Shown here: positions 51,312-60,872 of the stretch, piece by piece | Layout: every line of letters starts with the position of its first letter | How positions within the stretch are numbered: position 1 is the first letter of the stretch | Origin: an uncultured Nitrospiraceae bacterium | GTDB taxonomy: Bacteria > Nitrospirota > Thermodesulfovibrionia > Thermodesulfovibrionales > SM23-35 | DNA length: 64,000 nt | Direction: 5' to 3' | Assembly: GCA_963727775.1 (NCBI GenBank) | Contig: CAVSHB010000002.1 | Location: 160,001 to 224,000, forward strand | Notes under the pieces: model-generated | Database searches by the model: none | What the model saw: the letters and a program-made list of their open reading frames with translations, nothing else | Told to the model about the DNA's origin: nothing | Program-made: the position numbers and the translations under genes

Positions 51312-51554
51312 AATTACCCCTCCCATTCTTTATTTTACTGTAAAATACGCGTCGGAGCTTTGTCAATTTTGGGCAAGGCCTTGGATACATGTGCAACAGT
51401 TGACCGGAATTTGAAGTTAATGTGTGATAGCGGCTTGGCCTACGAAATAAAGATCGGCAAGCAAAAAACAAGATATGAACAGAAATTCGGGCAGGAGCAT
51501 CACGTTGAGCTTCCTTAATTCCATCGTTTTAAAGTCACAGCATTACCTAAATGT

Positions 51555-52412
51555 TTAAGGGAGCTGCTCCTGTGTTGCCGTGACAACGAGGACCGCACAT
51601 TGTGCAAGTCCGATGACCTTCTCGGTTGAACTCCCCATAAGGACCTTTTTCAGCCCTGTTTTCCCATATGCTCCCATGACGATCAAATCGACACCTCTTC
51701 CCCCGGCTATTTCAATTATAACGTTAAAAGATCTGCCGGTCGGGGTGAGAGCCTCAGCCGAAACACCTTCCTTTTGCGCCAACTCGACTACCTTGTTGAC
51801 ATTTGCAGTTGCTTCGTCCAATTCTCTCTCATCACGCATTGCCGATACAGCAAGCAGATGGCTTCCGCAACGCTTCGCAATCTCAATCGCCTCCGCAACC
51901 GCTGCAATGCTGTGCACCGATCCATCGGTGGCAACGAGTATTTTATTGTATTCCACCCTGGCCGCCTTCGGGACGACGAGTACCTTGCAGGGAGCAAGGC
52001 CGATGACTTTTGCGGCAACTTCTCCCATAAGAAGCTTTGTCAACCCTTTACGCCCGTGCTTTCCGACAACGATAATATCGACTTTTCTCTCGGCAGCTTC
52101 ATCAATAATGTATTGGTACACGTTATCCCCATGGTAGAAGATAATCTCGCAGTCAAGCCCTTCCTTTGCAGCTCTTTCTTTTATAGACCTAAGATACTTG
52201 ATGACTTCTTGCTCTTCCTGCTCATAGGCCTTGGCCCCGATCGTCTCATATTCAGGATTTATCTCAAGCACCGATAATGCATAAAGCCTGCTTGAGCATT
52301 TCCCGGCGAAGCTTATCGCCTCACTAACTGCCCCTTCGCTGAATTCGGACCTATCTACCGCCAGAAGTATTTTCTCAAGTTTTGCTACCGGACAGAACCC
52401 TGTGTTTTCCAT
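51555..52412 (-). CDS. Tandem-domain universal stress protein
   Basis: Two Usp domains: ILLAVDRS...VGKHGRKG..LMGEVA and ILVATDGS...MGAYGKTG..LMGSST. Confidence 0.93.
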   Translation of the reverse strand: MENTGFCPVAKLEKILLAVDRSEFSEGAVSEAISFAGKCSSRLYALSVLEINPEYETIGAKAYEQEEQEVIKYLRSIKERAAKEGLDCEIIFYHGDNVYQYIIDEAAERKVDIIVVGKHGRKGLTKLLMGEVAAKVIGLAPCKVLVVPKAARVEYNKILVATDGSVHSIAAVAEAIEIAKRCGSHLLAVSAMRDERELDEATANVNKVVELAQKEGVSAEALTPTGRSFNVIIEIAGGRGVDLIVMGAYGKTGLKKVLMGSSTEKVIGLAQCAVLVVTATQEQLP

Positions 52413-52890
52413 ATTGCCCTCCCTTTTTTGACGTGACGCAATGCATCACTGGTAAACTTTTGTATACTGAAAGGCCGCGATCCCCCCATCGATAAAATAA
52501 ACACAATTCTCATTAGTGGCCGTATCGTCATGATGGTGCATCCTCTTTCATCTTTGCGCCCCTTATAAACAGAGGGACCGCGTACACGATGGCCGCAGCC
52601 CGTTGCACAGAAACATCTAAGATAATCATATCGCGCTATCAGGAAGCCTGCAAGTATCGAGATAGTCGCACAATTATGAAAGAAACATCTTCCATATAAA
52701 CCTCGCTAATGCTGACGCGATAATCAGAAAGATTTTCAAAGGGCTTCTCTGGTACTCCTGACTGTCTTTCATATTCTTATAAGAATATCACGACAAACAA
52801 CTTTTCCCGCATCGCCCAACTCAAGATTTACGTTTTTTCTATTTTGTCGGTGCGGGTATCGCAAGGGACTGTTTTAGGGTATAATCTTCC

Positions 52891-55533
52891 ATGAACCTCT
52901 ATCTTATTGACGGGCATTCCTATGTCTATCGCGCCTATTACGCTATCCGGGAGCTCTCGAATTCTAAGGGCTTTCCCACGAACGCGATCTATGGCTTTAC
53001 CAACATGCTTCTTAAGATTATTAGGGAGAAAAAGCCCGACGGTATTGCGGTATCTTTTGACTCACCCGTACCCACAGAGAGACACAGGATATATGAAGGA
53101 TACAAAGCCCAGAGACCTGAAACACCGGGAGACCTCATCGAACAGATACCTTATATCAGACGGATGATTTCAGCATTCAATATTAAGATATTCGAAGTCC
53201 CGGGTTACGAGGCGGACGATATACTCGGCGCTATAGCAAAAAAAGCATCCTCAGAAGGAATGGACGTATTCATTGTTACCGGGGACAAGGATATGCTTCA
53301 GCTTGTCGGTAATAAGATAAAAGTATATGACCCTATGAAAGATACAGTGCTTGATGAGGAATTCGTAAAGAAAAAATTCGGCGTCGGCCCGGAAAGAGTT
53401 ACAGAGTTTATGGCGCTCACAGGTGATGCGGTCGATAACATTCCTGGGATCAAAGGGGTCGGTGAAAAGACGGCAAGGGAGTTGCTTTCTGAATTTGAAA
53501 GTCTTGATGCGATGCTGAGTAATACCGATAGGATCAAGAAAGAAAAGTTGAGGGTCCTTGTCTCCGAAAATGCCGATGTCGTTAGATTGAGCAAGAAGCT
53601 CGCAACCCTAGATACGGACGTCCCCATTGATATCAATACTGAAGAATTCCGGCTGAGAGAACCCGAATGGTCTTCGCTCCTTTCCCTCTTCAGAGAGCTT
53701 GAATTCGGGAGCCTAATGAAGCTTATTCCTTCAGGATCTCTAAGAAAGACCCATTACGAGGCGGTCTTTTCCATGGAAAGAGTTAAGGAGATATCTTCAC
53801 TCATCAAAGGCGATTTTGCGTTTGACACCGAGGCAACAAGCAGGGACCCGATGGTCGGAAGTCTTGTAGGGCTTTCTTTGTGTTTGGAAAACGGACACGC
53901 GTTTTATATCCCTGTCTCCCATTCATATCCGGGAGCGCCTGTGCAGATAAACAAGAAAGAAGTATTACAAGCGCTTTCAGAGTTTTTTGAAGCTGAATGG
54001 GTTGCAAAGACGGGGCATAACCTTAAATATGACATAATGATACTTGCACAGGACGGTGTTCATGTGCGGGGGACTCTCTACGACACAATGATAGCATCAT
54101 ATCTGATCAATCCCAACAAACCGAACCACGGTCTCGCTGAACTTGCGCTGGAATATCTGTCTTACAGGAAAAAAACGTTTGTGGAGGTCATCAGGAAACG
54201 GGCTTCTTTCTCTGAGGTGCCTTTGGAAGAGGCAGTTATCTATTCAGGTGACGACGCCAGCCTCAGCCTTGAATTAAAAAAACTGCTTTTTAATAAATTA
54301 AGAGAAACCGGCCTTGAGGATCTTTATCTAAATATAGAGATGCCGTTGATTTACGTGCTTGCCGGCATGGAAACCGAAGGCCTGAAGATTGATGTTCTCA
54401 AGCTTAAAGGAATTTCAACAGAGCTTGATAAGGAACTCGATGCGCTGAAAAGAAGGATTTTTTTCCTCGCAGGCGAAGAGTTTAACATCAATTCACCTAA
54501 ACAACTGAGTGTTGTTCTTTTTCACAGTCTCGGCTTGCAGCCGGGCAAGAAAACGAAGACAGGTTTTTCCACCGAGATGAGTGTCCTCGAAGAGCTTGCT
54601 GAAAGTCACGAGCTCCCAAGGGAGATACTCAATTACAGGAGCTTCCATAAACTGAAAACAACTTATATAGACGTGCTTCCGGCGTTGATAAATCCAAAGA
54701 CGGGTCGTATCCATACATCGTTTAACCAGACGGTAACAGCCACCGGAAGGTTGAGCAGCAGCGAGCCTAATCTGCAGAATATCCCGATCAAAGGAGAGTG
54801 GGGCAGGCGTATAAGAGAGACTTTTATTGCTGAAGGAAATAATCTCCTCCTTTCAGCAGATTATTCACAGATTGAACTGAGGATACTTGCCCATTTGAGT
54901 AATGACGAGGGTCTTATTTCTGCATTCATGAGCGGCCTCGATATCCATGCGAGGACCGCATCCGAAATATTCGGCGTGCCTATCGATAAAGTGTCCGCTG
55001 AAATAAGGAGAGTCGCAAAAACAGTGAACTTCGGAGTTATTTACGGGATATCGCCGTTCGGCCTGTCGGAAACTCTGAGCATATCGCGGGAAGATGCGAA
55101 AAAATATATCGAGCAGTATTTTAAAAGGCACCCGGGTGTTCAAAGCTATATCGAAAAATGCCTCGCAAAGGCAAAGCATGATGGTTACGTTTCTACCCTT
55201 TTCGGGAGAAGGCGCGCTGTCCCGGAAATCAGAAGTAAGAACACCGGCACGAGACAACTGGGTGAAAGGCTTGCAATAAATTCTCCTATTCAAGGGACGG
55301 CTGCGGATGTTATTAAAATCGCAATGATAAATATAGCGAAGAAATTAAGATCCGATAATTTGGAAACAAGGTTGATCCTTCAGGTTCACGATGAGCTATT
55401 ATTCGAACTTCCGGAAAAGGAGCTTGAAGCAGTAATGGATATTGTTAAGACCGAGATGGAGGGGGTGATGGCTCTGTCTGTCCCTTTGAGCGTCAGTATA
55501 AACTATGGAAAGAACTGGGCGGAAGCACACTGA
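52891..55533 (+). CDS. polA: DNA polymerase I
   Basis: 5'-3' exonuclease YEADD, 3'-5' exonuclease FDTE, TGRLSSSEPNLQNIP, DYSQIELR, QVHDEL. Confidence 0.98.
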   Translation: MNLYLIDGHSYVYRAYYAIRELSNSKGFPTNAIYGFTNMLLKIIREKKPDGIAVSFDSPVPTERHRIYEGYKAQRPETPGDLIEQIPYIRRMISAFNIKIFEVPGYEADDILGAIAKKASSEGMDVFIVTGDKDMLQLVGNKIKVYDPMKDTVLDEEFVKKKFGVGPERVTEFMALTGDAVDNIPGIKGVGEKTARELLSEFESLDAMLSNTDRIKKEKLRVLVSENADVVRLSKKLATLDTDVPIDINTEEFRLREPEWSSLLSLFRELEFGSLMKLIPSGSLRKTHYEAVFSMERVKEISSLIKGDFAFDTEATSRDPMVGSLVGLSLCLENGHAFYIPVSHSYPGAPVQINKKEVLQALSEFFEAEWVAKTGHNLKYDIMILAQDGVHVRGTLYDTMIASYLINPNKPNHGLAELALEYLSYRKKTFVEVIRKRASFSEVPLEEAVIYSGDDASLSLELKKLLFNKLRETGLEDLYLNIEMPLIYVLAGMETEGLKIDVLKLKGISTELDKELDALKRRIFFLAGEEFNINSPKQLSVVLFHSLGLQPGKKTKTGFSTEMSVLEELAESHELPREILNYRSFHKLKTTYIDVLPALINPKTGRIHTSFNQTVTATGRLSSSEPNLQNIPIKGEWGRRIRETFIAEGNNLLLSADYSQIELRILAHLSNDEGLISAFMSGLDIHARTASEIFGVPIDKVSAEIRRVAKTVNFGVIYGISPFGLSETLSISREDAKKYIEQYFKRHPGVQSYIEKCLAKAKHDGYVSTLFGRRRAVPEIRSKNTGTRQLGERLAINSPIQGTAADVIKIAMINIAKKLRSDNLETRLILQVHDELLFELPEKELEAVMDIVKTEMEGVMALSVPLSVSINYGKNWAEAH

Positions 55534-55590
55534 ATAAATAAGCAACTTCTTTTAATTTCAGGTAAAATATGCGCTGATGGAGGGCAGGTT

Positions 55591-56376
55591 ATGGAGAAGA
55601 AAGCAACCACCAAGAAAATTTCCGACAAGTCAGAGAAAAAAGAAACGAAGAAAAAGCTAATAGCAGTCCCCCGATCCCCTAAGAAAATTGCTTCAAAAAA
55701 GAAAGGGACAAAAAAGATTGAGGAAAAGACTGTCAAAAAGGTAAAGGCAGAGACAAAGGTAGAGAAAAAGCCTATAAAGATTAAGGAAGAAGAAAAACGG
55801 AAAACAACAAAAAAGAAGGGGCCTGCAAAAGGAAGGGAAAAAACTGAACAAAGCAAAAAGAAACCTGCCGTAAAAAGGACAGAGAAACGCGGCCTTAAAT
55901 CCTTAAAAAAAGCTGAAACAGGGAAGAATGCTGAGAAGCCCGCGAAAAAGGTCAAGCCTAAGGTCAAAAGAAAGGCCGAATTGAAGGAAACATTGCCGGC
56001 CGGCTATGAGGAAAACGGGATAACCCTCATGACCGTTGACCCGCTTAAGATTTTTACCTTCTGGGAAGTGCGGGAAGATACCCTGTCCAAATTTAAGGGC
56101 GATCTTGCCGTTAGGGTATATGATATGACAAACGCCGGTTTCGACAAGATGAATGAATGTAGCCATTTTGACCTGACTGTAAGCGAAAGGATAGGGGGAA
56201 TGTATATAGATGCCGCCCCCGAAAAGGAATTTGTTGCGGACATCGGAATTGTCTGCGAAGGTGTTTTCATTTCGATAACGAGGTCTAACAAAGTCTCAAC
56301 ACCACGGGCAACAGCTTCAGAAACAGAGGCATTGTCTTTAAGCTTCTTCGCCTCCGGCTTCCGCATAGGTTATTGA
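55591..56376 (+). CDS. DUF4912-domain protein with Lys-rich low-complexity N-terminus
   Basis: ~130 aa K/E-rich region, then LPAGYEENGITLMTVDP..IFTFWE...RVYD...RSNKVSTP. Confidence 0.75.
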   Translation: MEKKATTKKISDKSEKKETKKKLIAVPRSPKKIASKKKGTKKIEEKTVKKVKAETKVEKKPIKIKEEEKRKTTKKKGPAKGREKTEQSKKKPAVKRTEKRGLKSLKKAETGKNAEKPAKKVKPKVKRKAELKETLPAGYEENGITLMTVDPLKIFTFWEVREDTLSKFKGDLAVRVYDMTNAGFDKMNECSHFDLTVSERIGGMYIDAAPEKEFVADIGIVCEGVFISITRSNKVSTPRATASETEALSLSFFASGFRIGY

Positions 56377-56396
56377 AAAGCAATAAATAGTTTCTG

Positions 56397-56470
56397 CGCA
56401 ACTATATGTTGCACTGCTTTATTATTTACAAATCTTAATTATATCCCAGTGTTTGCACCGTACAATTGCA
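56397..56470. promoter_or_regulatory. Two NtrC-like enhancer boxes
   Basis: CGCAACTATATGTTGCA (56397-413) and TGCACCGTACAATTGCA (56454-470), both resembling TGCAC-N7-GTGCA. Confidence 0.55.
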
Positions 56471-56487
56471 TCATTTAATTAATCTCC

Positions 56488-56612
56488 ATACCCCGCCGTC
56501 TCTGCGGCGGGCACCTTACGTCGTCGGGGTGCAGGGCGTCGGAGCGAAGCGCAGACCCTTGCCGACCCACGGGGTCTAATACCCCGTGGTGTCGTGCCGA
56601 GCAAAGCGAGGT
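56488..56612. repeat. GC-rich multi-hairpin element (MITE/REP-like)
   Basis: CCCGCCG/CGGCGGG stem, CCACGGGGT/ACCCCGTGG stem, ATACCCCG direct repeat; sits in AT-rich DNA. Confidence 0.6.
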
Positions 56613-56658
56613 TTAGTTTATTGCAGCGTTTCTTTCATAAAGAAATAATCTTATTAAA

Positions 56659-56693
56659 TATCAAGGTGTTAAATATTTGGCATATGTATTGCT
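56659..56693 (+). promoter_or_regulatory. IHF site plus sigma54 promoter of the porin gene
   Basis: TATCAAGGTGTTA matches WATCAANNNNTTR (56659-71); TGGCAT-ATGTA-TTGCT at 56678-93. Confidence 0.8.
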
Positions 56694-56896
56694 TTAATAA
56701 TAAAGATTATAAAGACATGAAATAATAAGCATATTAAGGACAAAAATATAATAAAATGGTAAAATGGTTCACAAATGTTTTTTGGTTTTCTTAAAGATAA
56801 AAAAAATGTTGAGATTTTTAAAACAATACGATATTTTAGAGAGTCTGTTTTTAATAACACCACACTAAAAGAATCTTAAAAAAAGGAGGGAAGGTT

Positions 56897-58423
56897 ATGA
56901 AGAAAGTAAGTGTGTTGTTTTTCGCTGTTGTTTTTCTGTTGTGCATGACTGCCGCGCCTATTTTGGCTGCCGACACGTCCAAGGAAGTAGAACAACTGAA
57001 AGGTGAGGTGCAGAAACTGCTCAACAGGATCCAAGACCTGGAAAAGAAGCAGAAAGAAAGTGATAAGAAGTTGGACAGCGTGAAAGTAACAACAACGAAG
57101 ATCGAGAAGGAAGAAGCGGCGTTAGAACAGGAAGGTAAACAAAGGGCGATGGCTTATTGGAGGGATGCTTTCGTAATTGAAACTGGAGACAAACGCTTCA
57201 GGTTACAGATGGGCGGACAAATACAGTTCGATACGAGGGTATTCGGTGATGGATCGAATAGTCCGAGTTCGTTCGACGTGCGGAGGGCCCGCTATGATAT
57301 GAGGGGTAATATGCTTACCGGTAGCATAAATAACGAGTTCCGCCTCACTCTAGAGATGGCTGGATCGAACGCCCCGCTGCTCCAGAACGCCTACTGGGTA
57401 TTTAAGTTCGCTCCCGAATTCAACCTCATGGTCGGGCAATTCAAGCCGCCGGTCAATTCATCCGACAGGTTGACAGAAGAAGTACATATTAACTTCATAG
57501 AGTATGCAGCTGATACCCCCGTAACGGGTTATTATGATCGCGGGTTCAATATTATCAGCAAATTTTTCAACGAAAAAGTCCAGACCTGTGTAGGTATGAT
57601 CGACGGAGTAGGCGCGTCGGCCGATGTAAATACGGGTGACCTCGATAATAACAAGGACGTTTTTGTGCGTGTCCTCCTGAATCCTTTCAAGGACACGGAT
57701 ATCGATGCACTGAAGAAGTTATATTTGGTTGGCAGTTATCAGGATGGTCTCCAGTCGATTAAGACTGCAAGGAGTGAAACAAATTTTAAGACTGAGGACT
57801 ACGAATCTCAGTGGTTCGCGTGGAACCCTACTAATTTAAGGATCCATCAACTCGAACGCTTCGGCGGTGAAGCACATTATATATATGGACCGCTATCGGC
57901 GAGTTATGAGTTTAATCGCGTTCAATGGGAAGGTATCGACGTGTATAAATCAGATGGCAAAACGCTGGACTATCGTATGCCTGGTTCTTATCATGCCGAT
58001 GTGCACGAAGCATGGATTAGTTATTTCCTTACAGGTGAATCGAAGAACTATCAGGATATCTTCGCTGCTTGGAGACAACCGAAACCCAAGAAGAATCTTA
58101 ATCTGAAAGATGGAACATGGGGCGCTTGGGAAGTTATTGCAAGGTATACCTATCTCGATAGCTCTGCGAAACTTTTCGCACAGCAGGTGAAGAGTGAAAG
58201 TACTTCCTCGATACTTACTGGAGTGCAAAGAGGGGAAGCAGTGACCGCTGGACTACGCTGGTTGTGGAACCCTAAAGTTAGGTTGATGCTGGATGCGAAC
58301 TACCTTAAGAATGAGACAGGAAAAGGCATTATCGGCACAAACTCGTATGTAACATCAGGCGATACGAAAAAATACATGAAGGATGAAACCGCATTGCTTT
58401 TAAAGTTCATCCTGCAAATATAA
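56897..58423 (+). CDS. OprO/OprP-family outer-membrane porin with N-terminal coiled coil
   Basis: Signal peptide; LQMGGQIQFD, FDVRRAR, VGQFKPP, GAWEVIARY, GLRWLWNPKVRLMLD, C-terminal LKFILQI. Confidence 0.85.
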   Translation: MKKVSVLFFAVVFLLCMTAAPILAADTSKEVEQLKGEVQKLLNRIQDLEKKQKESDKKLDSVKVTTTKIEKEEAALEQEGKQRAMAYWRDAFVIETGDKRFRLQMGGQIQFDTRVFGDGSNSPSSFDVRRARYDMRGNMLTGSINNEFRLTLEMAGSNAPLLQNAYWVFKFAPEFNLMVGQFKPPVNSSDRLTEEVHINFIEYAADTPVTGYYDRGFNIISKFFNEKVQTCVGMIDGVGASADVNTGDLDNNKDVFVRVLLNPFKDTDIDALKKLYLVGSYQDGLQSIKTARSETNFKTEDYESQWFAWNPTNLRIHQLERFGGEAHYIYGPLSASYEFNRVQWEGIDVYKSDGKTLDYRMPGSYHADVHEAWISYFLTGESKNYQDIFAAWRQPKPKKNLNLKDGTWGAWEVIARYTYLDSSAKLFAQQVKSESTSSILTGVQRGEAVTAGLRWLWNPKVRLMLDANYLKNETGKGIIGTNSYVTSGDTKKYMKDETALLLKFILQI

Positions 58424-58434
58424 GAAAACATTCT

Positions 58435-58538
58435 GCATAAAGCGTCTTCGGGCGCTTATGCTTTTTTTGTTTAGTAATGGTTGTATCTCTCGGGTTTCTT
58501 CACTTGCGGAAGGCCGCCAAATGGCGGCCTTCTTTTTT
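58435..58538 (+). terminator. Two tandem intrinsic terminators
   Basis: AGCGTC-TTCG-GGCGCT hairpin with a T7 run downstream; GAAGGCCGCCA-AA-TGGCGGCCTTC-T6. Confidence 0.85.
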
Positions 58539-59026
58539 GATTTAAAATAATTGGCGCATCTGGGTTCTTCATGGGTCTATGCAATATATAGTGGTTTGAG
58601 TATCCTATGTTCATGGATGAAAAAGTGTTTTATACAAAGATATTGGGAATCAAGCTGCCTTGGTTTGTAAAACAGGTTATTATGGACGAAGCAACTCAGC
58701 GAATCGACATTTATATGGAGCATGAGAAAGATATACGCGTCAGGTGTCCGGAATGTGGTGCGTTTTACGGCATGTACGATCACGCACCTGAGCGCGTTTA
58801 TCGTCATTTGAACACCTGCCAAATGGAAACCTACATTCATGTTCGGCCACCGCGAGTAAACTGCCCTACGCATGGAGTTAAGCAGATAGAATCGGCGGTT
58901 GGTGAGAACGGCTCGGATATGAGTCATGCCTTTGAGAGTCTGGTCATTCGTGTTGCTCAAGAGTGCAGCATCGAGGGTACGGCCCGGCTTTGTGGATTGA
59001 GTTGGGATAAAGGATGGAATGCTCTG

Positions 59027-60872
59027 CGTATTTTCTTTTTAAAAACTACGAGGAACTCCATATGCTGCAATGATTTGAAGGCGATTTCTAATTTCAAGAA
59101 AATGGCTACAATTTTACCTTGAGCAGATCAAGAATCTTTTGCTGACTGTTATCCGGGGTGCAAACAATTCGGCACGAAGAGCCCTGCACTTGAAGTCTCT
59201 GCCTTCTCAGGCTCTTTAATCTCTCAATCACATACTCAAATGTCCATCTGCGGTGTTTATTTTTTCCGTCAGACTGAAACAGAGGCTTTAGTCTCTGATT
59301 CATATGCCACTGCAAGTAGTAGGCAAGCATGCAAAGAAACACATGACAGCGGATTCGGTCGTCGGTCTTGTGATAAACGGGCCGCACCTCAAGCTGTACG
59401 CTCTTTAAGTTCCGAAACGCCTGTTCTACAAGAGCAAGCTTTTTATATGATGCCACTATTGCCTGCTTTGCCATCAGCCCGGCAGGAACATCGGAGGCAA
59501 TGATGTAACAGCCGTCAATCAATTCCTCAGTCTCGATCTTCTCTGTTTTTAATTTCCATGTGAGACGTCCATCCTGTACTGACCACTCTACAAATTTACC
59601 TGTCTTCCACTTTCCCAGAACCTTCCCCACCCTTGCCGCTATCTTCTCGTTTGACGACTTCCGTTTTGATTGGGCTATGCTATCCAATGCCTTTCTGGTG
59701 ACCTCAATCAAGCCTTTGCGTGTCACAGCTTCCCTTGTAGCGGTCTTTGGATTGCGGCATAAGCAGTATCGCCGTCCTATCGCCTCAGGATCCACTACTT
59801 CAATAATCTCCTTTTCATCAAACATATCGATCTGAATCACCTTGCGTTCCAGTAGCTCTTTTATCTGGTGGTGTGTTAATGCCGATATTATATTGAGCCC
59901 TTTTACATCCTTAACCTTTTCGTAATTGGCATGAGTAACCATTCCACGATCACCTACAAAGATTATCTCCTGGATCCCATATTTTTTCTGCACCTCAGCT
60001 ATTTTATCGGGTACCGTTTGAGCATCCTGAGTATTCCCAGGGAAAACTTCCACACCCACAGGGCACCCCTCGGGACTGCAAAGCAGCCCTATCACCATCT
60101 GTTCATGCCCCCGCTTGCCGTCCCGGTTATATCCGAATTTAACGATCTCACTGTCTTCATACTCGCCCTCAAAATAACTGCTGGTTATATCGTAAAGCAC
60201 AAGCGCGCCGTTTCGGAGATGCTTTTTCGCCAATGTACTTTGGATGGCATCCTGCCTCTGTAAAAGACGATCCATAGGCTCATAACAATGCTTATCTACG
60301 TCAACCGGCCCTTCTATCCCGCAGAGTTCCCATAATGCCGTGTCCTCCCATCTGTGCGATAAAGCCAGCTTGCTGCCGCTATATACTAAACGGCCGATTA
60401 TCATGGCAAGACAGTCTTTAACCCACTGCTCGGAATATCTCGAATAAATCATCTTGTCCAACTCTAATTCCTTCGCCAACTGCAATACCGCATAGGAAGC
60501 GCCGTACTCTTTCGATTCCGCGATTTTGTGAGCGTCGGCTGAACCCTTTACCAGCACATCGCCCCTGAAGGCGGCCTGTATGAGCTTTAGTTGTTCAAGA
60601 CTCATATCCTTAATGGTCCCATGTGTCGTGTGCCTGATTTCGCCCTTCTCACGGAAGGTAGTGCGAATAACGCCGTAGTGCTTATTGCCGGAAGTCTGTA
60701 TTTCGAGATGGGGGCGTGGCTTCTTTTTAAATGGCATGGCTACTATTATAGGATATGATTACCACTATGTCAACTATAAAATGCTATATTATATGGCTAC
60801 ATTTGAAAGCCAAATACACGGTAATCTATTGTAATATAAGCATTTATGGGTGTTTTCATAAAAGAAAATACG
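59027..60872 (-). mobile_element. IS1634-family insertion sequence, 1846 bp
   Basis: TIRs CGTATTTTCTTTT (59027-39) and AAAAGAAAATACG (60860-72); TCTG duplicated at 59023-26 and 60873-76. Confidence 0.92.
59106..60737 (-). CDS. IS1634-family DDE transposase
   Basis: LYDITSSYFEG, FGYNRDGKRG, FPGNTQD, VGDRGM, YKKLALVEQAFRNLK, RPVYH..DRIRCHVFLCMLAY. Confidence 0.93.
   Translation of the reverse strand: MPFKKKPRPHLEIQTSGNKHYGVIRTTFREKGEIRHTTHGTIKDMSLEQLKLIQAAFRGDVLVKGSADAHKIAESKEYGASYAVLQLAKELELDKMIYSRYSEQWVKDCLAMIIGRLVYSGSKLALSHRWEDTALWELCGIEGPVDVDKHCYEPMDRLLQRQDAIQSTLAKKHLRNGALVLYDITSSYFEGEYEDSEIVKFGYNRDGKRGHEQMVIGLLCSPEGCPVGVEVFPGNTQDAQTVPDKIAEVQKKYGIQEIIFVGDRGMVTHANYEKVKDVKGLNIISALTHHQIKELLERKVIQIDMFDEKEIIEVVDPEAIGRRYCLCRNPKTATREAVTRKGLIEVTRKALDSIAQSKRKSSNEKIAARVGKVLGKWKTGKFVEWSVQDGRLTWKLKTEKIETEELIDGCYIIASDVPAGLMAKQAIVASYKKLALVEQAFRNLKSVQLEVRPVYHKTDDRIRCHVFLCMLAYYLQWHMNQRLKPLFQSDGKNKHRRWTFEYVIERLKSLRRQRLQVQGSSCRIVCTPDNSQQKILDLLKVKL

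Noticed and set aside
52674..52772. 32-aa minus-strand ORF MKDSQEYQRSPLKIFLIIAS...
   Set aside because: No SD and no recognisable family; may be chance or a gene remnant
59027..59122. C-terminus RIFFLKTT... of ORF 58607-59122
   Set aside because: This is read-through into the inserted IS end, not transposase sequence
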